A stretch of DNA of 53,044 bases, taken from positions 1 through 53,044 of IMG/VR virus record IMGVR_UViG_3300023109_001242. One strand, 5' to 3'. This DNA is from a virus. Lineage: Duplodnaviria; Caudoviricetes. A program made the translations under genes and the position numbers. This document shows, one piece after another, positions 17,251 through 23,851 of this stretch. Each line of letters begins with the position of its first letter. Within the stretch, counting starts at the first letter, position 1. Under the pieces are notes generated by a model. The model ran no database searches. It worked only from the letters and a program-made list of their open reading frames with translations, and was not told where the DNA came from.

Positions 17251-17870
17251 AGAAAAATTTAGTACTTGATTTTGAAACAATGGGTGTTGACCCAACTACG
17301 TGTGCAGTCGTTGACTGTTCAGTAATGATCTTTGATTGGGATGAGTTTACACAAAACCCTTATGGCTTAAAAGATATCAGCAAGACTCGTAGGTTTAAGC
17401 TTAATGTACAAGAGCAAGTAAAAGACTATGGATATAAGATCGAAGATTCTGTTTTAGAATTTTGGTCTAAGCAAGATAAAGAAGTACGTGCTCGTGTCAA
17501 ACCAACACAGCAAGACTTGACTGTTAAAGAGTTTGTATCTAACTTTCATAATCTAGTTGTTGATGAGAATATTGGTCACTGGTGGACAAGAGGTAATGCT
17601 TTTGATCCTGTAATCTTGACAAGACTTTTTGATAGCCAAAAAAGAGGCAACCATCTTAATACTTATCTAAAATATTATATGGTTCGTGACATGCGGACTT
17701 ATATTGATGCCAAATTTAATTTTGACACAAAAAACGGTTTCTGCCCGATCGCTGATGATAAACTATGGGAAAGAGCATTTAAACAACATGATAGTTCTTG
17801 GGATGTATTAGCAGATGTGCTTAGACTTCAAGCGATCGCTCGAGCTGAAAATGACATGGAGCAAATCTAA
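17247..17870 (+). CDS. dexA: DEDDh 3'-5' exonuclease DexA
   Basis: LDFETMG, WTRGNAFD, RDMRTYID, HDS.WD...D motifs. Confidence 0.85.
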   Translation: MKKNLVLDFETMGVDPTTCAVVDCSVMIFDWDEFTQNPYGLKDISKTRRFKLNVQEQVKDYGYKIEDSVLEFWSKQDKEVRARVKPTQQDLTVKEFVSNFHNLVVDENIGHWWTRGNAFDPVILTRLFDSQKRGNHLNTYLKYYMVRDMRTYIDAKFNFDTKNGFCPIADDKLWERAFKQHDSSWDVLADVLRLQAIARAENDMEQI

Positions 17871-18733
17871 TGAAGATTGAAATCAAAACAGAAGAACTAA
17901 GAAAACATAAAATATTTGTAGGTACACCAATGTATGGTGGCCAAGCAACTGGTTTATACACTAAAGCAACGAATGACTTGAGCATGTTATGTGCAGCTCA
18001 TGGTATTACTTTAAAGTACTACTTCTTATTTAATGAGAGCCTTGTACAAAGAGCTCGTAACTATATAGCAGATGAATTTTTAAGATCTGATTGTAGTCAT
18101 TTATTATTCATTGATGCTGATATCGCGTTTAATCCAAAAGACGCGCTTGCATTACTTGGTATCCATTTACAAAATCCAGAAGAATATCCTATTGTTACTG
18201 GTCCTTATCCTAAGAAAACAATTGCTTGGGAAAAGGTTGCTAAGGCAGCTCAAATGGGCAAGAGTGATGATGATCCATTTGAATTAGCACGGTTTACATC
18301 AGACTTTGTATTTAATCCTGTAAAAGGAATGAAGCAATTTAAGTTAAGTGAACCAGTTGAAGTACAAGAAGCAGGAACTGGGTTTATGTTAATCAGTAGA
18401 GAAGCATTTGAGAAATATCGTGATGCTTATCCTGAGTTATCCTACTTACCAGACCACGCAAGAACAGAACAATTTGATGGCACAAGAGAGATTACAGCTT
18501 TCTTTGATTGTGTTATCGACCCCGAATCCAGGCGCTACTTATCAGAAGATTACTTCTTCTGTCATAAAGCTCGTGATGCTGGCTTAAAGGTATGGATGTG
18601 TCCTTGGATGCACCTAAACCATGTTGGCACCCACATATTCCAAGGCGGAATGGGCTCTATAGCAGAGCTTGGTGTAACCGCAACTGCAGACTCGACTTCT
18701 AATAAAAAGTCGTACAAAACAGTTGACAAATAA
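17870..18733 (+). CDS. GT-A fold glycosyltransferase-like protein
   Basis: TPMYGG, NESLVQRARN, LLFIDAD (DxD), GTGFMLI, SEDYFFC, L.HVG. Confidence 0.65.
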   Translation: MKIEIKTEELRKHKIFVGTPMYGGQATGLYTKATNDLSMLCAAHGITLKYYFLFNESLVQRARNYIADEFLRSDCSHLLFIDADIAFNPKDALALLGIHLQNPEEYPIVTGPYPKKTIAWEKVAKAAQMGKSDDDPFELARFTSDFVFNPVKGMKQFKLSEPVEVQEAGTGFMLISREAFEKYRDAYPELSYLPDHARTEQFDGTREITAFFDCVIDPESRRYLSEDYFFCHKARDAGLKVWMCPWMHLNHVGTHIFQGGMGSIAELGVTATADSTSNKKSYKTVDK

Positions 18734-18751
18734 GCTAAAGTGTGTTATAAT
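18723..18751 (+). promoter_or_regulatory. Sigma70-type early promoter for gp45
   Basis: TTGACA(18723-18728)-N17-TATAAT(18746-18751). Confidence 0.85.
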
Positions 18752-18786
18752 TATACTTTAAATTTAACCAGGAGAAAACCTATATT

Positions 18787-19449
18787 ATGAAATTTTCTAA
18801 CGAAACCTTGAGTGTTCTCAAGAGCTTTACTGCAATCAACAAGTCTATCTTGATGAAACCCGGTAATGTTCTCAAGACAATTACTCCAGAAAAAACGCTT
18901 ATTGCGATTGCCCAAATCCAAGATGAGATACCAAGTGAAGCTTGTGTATATGACTTATCTAGATTCTTGTCAATCCTAAGCTTATATAAAGATCCAGACG
19001 TAGAGTTTGGTGATAAGTATTTTATTATCTCAGAAGGCAAGAGACGAACCAAATATATCTACGCAGATATATCAATGATTCACACACCGCCTGAAAAAGA
19101 TATAAATATACCGTCGGAAGACGTTGTTGTAGATGTAACAGAAAGTGATCTTTCTTCAGTACTGAAAGCAGCAGGTGTTCTACAATTTTCAGAAATCGCA
19201 TTTGTTGGCGAAAGCGGCAAGTGTTATCTGAAAGCAATCGACAGTGCAAACGATAACGCAGATGACTTTGGCGTTGAAATCGGAAACACTGACGATGAGT
19301 TCAAGGTGATCATTAAAACTGATAACTTGAAACTTATGCCAATGGATTACAAAGTTACCATTTGTTCAAAGGGTATCTCTGAATTCAAGGGTAAGGATGT
19401 CACATATTTTGTGGCGATAGATTCAAAGTCGACTTATAATAAAGGATAA
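18787..19449 (+). CDS. gp45: Sliding clamp
   Basis: MKFSNETLSVLKSF..IN.SI, YDLSRFL, NLKLMP.DY.V.I...GISEF, YFVA; gp45-44-62-regA order. Confidence 0.92.
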   Translation: MKFSNETLSVLKSFTAINKSILMKPGNVLKTITPEKTLIAIAQIQDEIPSEACVYDLSRFLSILSLYKDPDVEFGDKYFIISEGKRRTKYIYADISMIHTPPEKDINIPSEDVVVDVTESDLSSVLKAAGVLQFSEIAFVGESGKCYLKAIDSANDNADDFGVEIGNTDDEFKVIIKTDNLKLMPMDYKVTICSKGISEFKGKDVTYFVAIDSKSTYNKG

Positions 19450-19453
19450 CATT

Positions 19454-19735
19454 ATGAATAATGTACAAGATGGCAACTTCGGTGGCCAACAGCAAGAAGA
19501 ACAGGTCGTTATTAACATGAACGATTTGTCAACGATCCTGCAACTTATTGATGTAGTATCAACAAGAGGCGGGTTTCAAGGTCAAGAATTGGCCGGTGTA
19601 GGAATGTTAAGGAATAAGCTTGAAGCTTATCTAAGACAGAACATGCCACAACAAGAAGCGCCACAAGGTGCGGACGGTGAAGTGGCTGTAGCTGCACCAG
19701 TCGGTGGTGAACTGGCTGACAAGGTAATTGATTAA
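19454..19735 (+). CDS. Hypothetical protein
   Basis: AGGA RBS; core DL..ILQLIDVVSTRGGFQGQEL..VG.LRNKL. Confidence 0.7.
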   Translation: MNNVQDGNFGGQQQEEQVVINMNDLSTILQLIDVVSTRGGFQGQELAGVGMLRNKLEAYLRQNMPQQEAPQGADGEVAVAAPVGGELADKVID

Positions 19736-19761
19736 AAGATTACCAACCTTTCTCGAGAATA

Positions 19762-19788
19762 GGGGACACAGTTTAACCGCTTGTCCCC
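19762..19788 (+). terminator. GC-rich intergenic stem-loop before gp44 (terminator or processing structure)
   Basis: GGGGACA(19762-19768) pairs with TGTCCCC(19782-19788); no immediate U-tract. Confidence 0.4.
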
Positions 19789-19825
19789 GCCCCTCAATTT
19801 ATTATATTATGTATCAAGGTGATCT

Positions 19826-20773
19826 ATGCAACACAAAACAAATGAAGTCCTATGGGTAGAAAAGTACCGTCCTCAAAATATCGAAGACACAATCTTACCC
19901 GAGACAATGAAAAATACGTTTCGCAAATTTGTAAATGACAAAAACGTACCAAACTTATTACTAACCGGTGGACCAGGAGTAGGTAAAACTACGATCGCTA
20001 AAGCCATGCTCGATGAAATGGGCTGTGACTATATCGTTAAAAACGGTTCCCTTAATGTGAATATCGACACTCTTCGATATGAAATCTCTACATATGCATC
20101 CTCTGTATCTCTTACAGGTGGTCGTAAATATGTTATCTTTGACGAAGCAGACTATCTAAATGCAACTTCTGTTCAACCAGCTTTACGTAACTTCATTGAA
20201 GAATATTCTGCTAACTGTGGGTTTATCTTTACTTGTAATTTCAAGAATAGAATTATTGGTCCATTAAGATCTCGACTCTCTGAAGTTGACTTCTCTATTG
20301 AACAAACTGAACGACCTCAACTAGCAATGCAATTCTTCAAACGCGTTATTGCCATACTCGATAATGAGAATGTAGATTACGATAAGAAGGTCGTTGCAAA
20401 AGTTATCGAAAAACATTTCCCTGACTTCCGTCGTGTATTAACTGAACTACAATCGTATGCAGCTTCAGGTAAGATCGACGAAGGTATCTTTGTAAATCTC
20501 AAGCAAGAGAGTATGGATGAGTTATTCAACCTACTCAAAGCTAAAGACTTTACTAATATGCGTAAATGGGTTGCATCTAACTCAGATCAAGACATGAACG
20601 AGATGTTCAGACGTGTCTATGACATGATGCAAGAACGCGTAGAGTTTAAGACTCAACCAGGGTTTGTAGTTACTCTAGCAGATTATATGTACAAAGCAAA
20701 CTTTGTAGCGGACCAAGAGGTCAACATGGTTGCCTTCTTAACCGAAGTTATGATCGAATCAGAGTACTCTTAA
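19826..20773 (+). CDS. gp44: Clamp loader AAA+ subunit
   Basis: LWVEKYRP, GGPGVGKTT, DEAD, PLRSR, FPDFRR. Confidence 0.95.
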   Translation: MQHKTNEVLWVEKYRPQNIEDTILPETMKNTFRKFVNDKNVPNLLLTGGPGVGKTTIAKAMLDEMGCDYIVKNGSLNVNIDTLRYEISTYASSVSLTGGRKYVIFDEADYLNATSVQPALRNFIEEYSANCGFIFTCNFKNRIIGPLRSRLSEVDFSIEQTERPQLAMQFFKRVIAILDNENVDYDKKVVAKVIEKHFPDFRRVLTELQSYAASGKIDEGIFVNLKQESMDELFNLLKAKDFTNMRKWVASNSDQDMNEMFRRVYDMMQERVEFKTQPGFVVTLADYMYKANFVADQEVNMVAFLTEVMIESEYS

Positions 20774-20956
20774 ATGAAGATTGACTTTCGCAGAACTGTC
20801 CCATGCTTTAACTGTAGTGAGCGTATTGAAGGAGGTGAAGAATACACTCTAAAGTACCAAGCATCAGATGGTGAAGCGGAAGTTAAGATGTGCGCAAACT
20901 GCGCCAAAGAATTTAATGAGATACTCATAGGAATAGAGGAAATACAAAATGGCTAA
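20774..20956 (+). CDS. Small putative zinc-binding protein
   Basis: CFNC...CANC; abuts gp44 and overlaps the gp62 start. Confidence 0.6.
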   Translation: MKIDFRRTVPCFNCSERIEGGEEYTLKYQASDGEAEVKMCANCAKEFNEILIGIEEIQNG

Positions 20957-21347
20957 GGGTGACTTAAATCCATTTGATTTTATGAATGCTGCTTCTTTCA
21001 GTAAAGTAGATCTCATAAGAGATGGAGACAATCCAGAACTAATTGAAAAGCAATATAACGCTTATATTGTAAACCGCGGTTTTACTAACTTCGAAGATAC
21101 TATACTACACGCTAATGAAATGAATCAGAGACACGAACTGTTTCCTGGTGCACAATTTGATTACTACCGTGCAGTATTACGAAAACGCAAAAGATTTTCC
21201 AAGTGGCCCAAGGCTACTAAGGACGTTGATCTTGATGCTATCCAAGAAGTTTACCAGTGCAATAGAACAGTTGCTAAACAATACTTTAAGGTATTGAACA
21301 AGGAACAGTTGAAAAGTGTGCACGATCGCCTCATTACCGGTGGCTAA
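20949..21347 (+). CDS. gp62: Clamp loader small subunit
   Basis: YIVNRG...DTILHANEMN...QFDYY...LRKRKRFSKW pattern; synteny. Confidence 0.9.
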   Translation: MAKGDLNPFDFMNAASFSKVDLIRDGDNPELIEKQYNAYIVNRGFTNFEDTILHANEMNQRHELFPGAQFDYYRAVLRKRKRFSKWPKATKDVDLDAIQEVYQCNRTVAKQYFKVLNKEQLKSVHDRLITGG

Positions 21348-21422
21348 GTTCTTAAAAAAATAAATAAGAACTATATGGTTATATACCATGGCCACTAATA
21401 ATTAAACAGGTGAATATGTATC

Positions 21423-21833
21423 ATGGAACAAGAAGATATTTTTAGAGGTGTTGGCGTTGAAGTAACTCTTCCGACACCCGACAGTTTTCTTAAGATTAAG
21501 GAGACTTTAACAAGGATTGGTATTTCAAGTCGTAAAGACAAGAAACTATTTCAGTCCTGTCACATCTTGCATAAGAAGGGTCGCTACTCAATTCTACATT
21601 TTAAAGAATTGTTTATACTCGACGGCAAGCACAACACGTTTACTGATGAAGATCATGCTAGACGAAACACAATTGTAAACTTACTTGAAGAATGGGAACT
21701 TGTAAAGATCGTTGATCCTAACAAAACAAAAGATCCTCTTGCTTCATTGAATCAGATTAAGATTATCTCTTATAAAGAAAAAGATGATTGGGAACTGACT
21801 GTCAAATACAACATAGGAAACGGAAAAAAGTAG
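21423..21833 (+). CDS. regA: Translational repressor RegA
   Basis: FLKIKETLTRIGI, LFQSCHILHKKGRY.I.HFKEL, RRNTI..LL.EW.L, KYNIG. Confidence 0.95.
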   Translation: MEQEDIFRGVGVEVTLPTPDSFLKIKETLTRIGISSRKDKKLFQSCHILHKKGRYSILHFKELFILDGKHNTFTDEDHARRNTIVNLLEEWELVKIVDPNKTKDPLASLNQIKIISYKEKDDWELTVKYNIGNGKK

Positions 21834-21862
21834 TTGACATAAATTTAATTTTATGATATAAT
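21834..21862 (+). promoter_or_regulatory. Sigma70-type early promoter for dUTPase
   Basis: TTGACA(21834-21839)-N17-TATAAT(21857-21862). Confidence 0.8.
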
Positions 21863-21874
21863 AGTGGGTATATA

Positions 21875-22381
21875 ATGATGAATGTTTACAAGACAAAAGA
21901 TATTGCAATCTTACCTTCGTACGCGACTCGAGGCAGTGCATGCTTCGACGTTTCCGCTGCATTTCAAAAAGGTGATAAGATTAAAGCTTATAATTCTGTT
22001 AATAGGAAAATAGAAGTTTTAACTAAAGATATCGAAGGAGCAGCTGCTTTCTTAATACACCCTGGCCAAAGAGTCATGGTTCCGACTGGTTTGATATTTG
22101 ATATCCCAGAGGATTATGTAATGAAAATGTACATACGCAGTAGTATAGCAGCTAAAAAAGGTTTAGCACTTAGTAATGGTGTAGGTATTATAGATTCTGA
22201 TTATGTTGATGAAACTCATATTTTAGTTCACAACATATCTGATAGTTTGACGCGTATTCAACATGGTGAGCGACTTGCTCAATGTATTATTGAGCCTGTA
22301 AAACAAATAGAGATGACTGTTATTAGTACACCACCATCACAGAAAACTGATAGAGAGGGTGGTATAGGTAGTACTGGTTAG
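21875..22381 (+). CDS. dut: Trimeric dUTPase
   Basis: SACFD, RSS, GIIDSDY, ERLAQ, REGGIGSTG (motifs 1-5). Confidence 0.92.
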   Translation: MMNVYKTKDIAILPSYATRGSACFDVSAAFQKGDKIKAYNSVNRKIEVLTKDIEGAAAFLIHPGQRVMVPTGLIFDIPEDYVMKMYIRSSIAAKKGLALSNGVGIIDSDYVDETHILVHNISDSLTRIQHGERLAQCIIEPVKQIEMTVISTPPSQKTDREGGIGSTG

Positions 22382-22455
22382 AAAGTTTTGTTGATGACTC
22401 GGATTAAACCACCTGATTTCATCATTTTATCGAATTTTTTATATAATATTGCCAT
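22378..22455 (-). CDS. Putative 25-aa basic peptide MAILYKKFDKMMKSGGLIRVINKTF
   Basis: Not in ORF track. AGGAGA RBS 6 nt before the ATG and a minus-strand TATAAATA at 22501-22508. Confidence 0.55.
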   Translation of the reverse strand: MAILYKKFDKMMKSGGLIRVINKTF

Positions 22456-22500
22456 TGTATTTCTCCTGTGTTAATATAATAAATATATTGTATATACTAT

Positions 22501-22508
22501 TATTTATA
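22501..22508 (-). promoter_or_regulatory. T4-type late promoter (TATAAATA on the minus strand)
   Basis: TATTTATA on plus, upstream of the 25-aa ORF; AT-rich context lowers specificity. Confidence 0.5.
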
Positions 22509-22515
22509 CAAACAT

Positions 22516-22545
22516 GTTACAACTACGTGACAAAAAGGTGACAAA
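22516..22545. repeat. Three 7-bp direct repeats with 11-bp period (GTTACAA/GTGACAA/GTGACAA)
   Basis: Copies start at 22516, 22527 and 22538; minus strand reads TTGTCAC-N4-TTGTCAC-N4-TTGTAAC. Confidence 0.6.
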
Positions 22546-22547
22546 TT

Positions 22548-22697
22548 ATGATAAAAGATGACACACTGCTAATAAAAATCAATAAAGAGCAGAAAAAAGA
22601 ATTCATTCAGCTCTGTAAAGATGATGATACAACAGCATCAAGAGAACTGCGAAATTATATTAAACAATTTATAAAGGCGCACGCAGAAACTGAATAA
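22548..22697 (+). CDS. 49-aa ribbon-helix-helix-like DNA-binding protein
   Basis: Not in ORF track. MIKDDTLLIKINKEQKKEFIQLCKDDDTTASRELRNYIKQFIKAHAETE shows a beta(LLIKI)-helix-turn(TAS)-helix pattern; AAGGTG RBS. Confidence 0.65.
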   Translation: MIKDDTLLIKINKEQKKEFIQLCKDDDTTASRELRNYIKQFIKAHAETE

Positions 22698-22704
22698 ATA
22701 AATT

Positions 22705-22791
22705 TGTAGATACGAATAATCGGTCTACATAACCGGTGAGCTAATGGCCACCAAATTAGTATAACAATATCTTGCTTAATAGGAGAACAAC
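22705..22791 (+). ncRNA. ROSE-like RNA thermometer in the hsp20 5' UTR
   Basis: Hairpins at 22705-22729 and 22735-22752, then UCUUGCU(22770-22776) pairing with SD AGGAGA(22781-22786) with a bulged G. Confidence 0.55.
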
Positions 22792-23244
22792 ATGACTGGA
22801 TTAAATATACACAACCTTTCCCCATTCACTGTGGGGTTTGATCGAATCATCGATCGCTTAGTAGAAATAGAAAACCACCCAGCCAGAAATGGCGCACAAG
22901 GCTTTCCGCCTTATAACATCAAAGTAGACAAAGGCGAACTTAATTTTACAATTGAGCTTGCACTTGCTGGTCTAGATGAATCTGATGTCGATATCGAAGT
23001 TAAAGAGAATCAACTCTCTATTAGCTCTACATATGAGACAGTAGAAGACACTGGGCAATATGTTCATAAGGGTATTTCTAAAAGGAAATTTACGCGAAGC
23101 TTTACTTTAGCAGACGACATCGAAGTTCTTGGAGCTAGCTTTAAGAATGGTCTTTTGACTATAGGACTCGAGCGTATTATTCCAGAGGAAAAGAGACCTC
23201 AAAAAATTAAAATTGATAATAAGAAGGAGTTCTTAACAGAGTAA
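22792..23244 (+). CDS. hsp20: Small heat-shock protein (Hsp20/IbpA-like)
   Basis: VGFDR, FPPYNI, IELALAG, HKGISKRKFTRSFTLAD, NGLLTI.LER.IPEEK.P. Confidence 0.93.
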   Translation: MTGLNIHNLSPFTVGFDRIIDRLVEIENHPARNGAQGFPPYNIKVDKGELNFTIELALAGLDESDVDIEVKENQLSISSTYETVEDTGQYVHKGISKRKFTRSFTLADDIEVLGASFKNGLLTIGLERIIPEEKRPQKIKIDNKKEFLTE

Positions 23245-23252
23245 CTTTTTAC

Positions 23253-23280
23253 GGGGGAGCGCAATGTTCCCCCACTTTAT
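23253..23280 (+). terminator. Stem-loop after hsp20, probable intrinsic terminator
   Basis: GGGGGAGC-GCAAT-GTTCCCCC followed by a weak ACTTTAT tail. Confidence 0.55.
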
Positions 23281-23292
23281 AAGGAATATATT

Positions 23293-23820
23293 ATGACACA
23301 AGAATACAGACAAGAATTAGTACCACAAGAAAACTTTAAAACTCGCCAACGCGTAGACGATCAATTTGAATGGGTAAACTTAACTACCGATGATTTATTC
23401 AAAGGTAAAAGAGTAGTAGCATTCTCATTACCTGGTGCATTCACACCAACATGTTCGAATATGCAAGTACCAGGGTATCAAGCCCTACACGAGGATTTTA
23501 CGAACTTGGGTATTGATAAAATTTATTGTATATCATGTAATGACGCATTTGTAATGAATGCATGGGCAGAAGATCAAAGAGCACCCAACATCGAGTTTAT
23601 ACCAGATGGATCCTGTAATTTTACAAAGAATATGGGTATGCTTGTTGCTAAAGACAATCTTGGTTTTGGCATGAGATCTTGGCGTTATGCGATGATCGTT
23701 AATGATGGAGTTATTGAACAGATGTTTGTAGAGCCTGGAATGTGTGATGACTACGAGGAAGATCCCTACGGAGAAACGTCACCTGAAAATCTCTTAGAAT
23801 ATCTAAGACATACTTTATAA
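23293..23820 (+). CDS. Peroxiredoxin (Prx5 / redoxin family)
   Basis: FSLPGAFTPTCS peroxidatic motif, NDAFVMNAW, RSWRYAM. Confidence 0.92.
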   Translation: MTQEYRQELVPQENFKTRQRVDDQFEWVNLTTDDLFKGKRVVAFSLPGAFTPTCSNMQVPGYQALHEDFTNLGIDKIYCISCNDAFVMNAWAEDQRAPNIEFIPDGSCNFTKNMGMLVAKDNLGFGMRSWRYAMIVNDGVIEQMFVEPGMCDDYEEDPYGETSPENLLEYLRHTL

Positions 23821-23826
23821 TTGATT

Positions 23827-23851
23827 AGGGATTCTTAGGAGTCCCTTTTTT
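23827..23851 (+). terminator. Rho-independent terminator at the strand convergence
   Basis: AGGGATTC-TTAG-GAGTCCCT followed by a T run. Confidence 0.8.

Noticed and set aside
17616-17645. TTGACA inside dexA (and another near 52878)
   Set aside because: No TATAAT-like -10 at 16-18 bp spacing.
19101-19108. TATAAATA inside gp45 (also inside the CDS at 34659-34666)
   Set aside because: An 8-bp AT-only motif occurs by chance in AT-rich coding DNA; the 34659 copy could serve gp25-gp6 but cannot be supported from sequence alone.
22382-22791. tRNA genes in the largest apparent intergenic gap
   Set aside because: No cloverleaf or T-loop GTTCRA pattern found; the gap is explained by two microgenes and the hsp20 leader.
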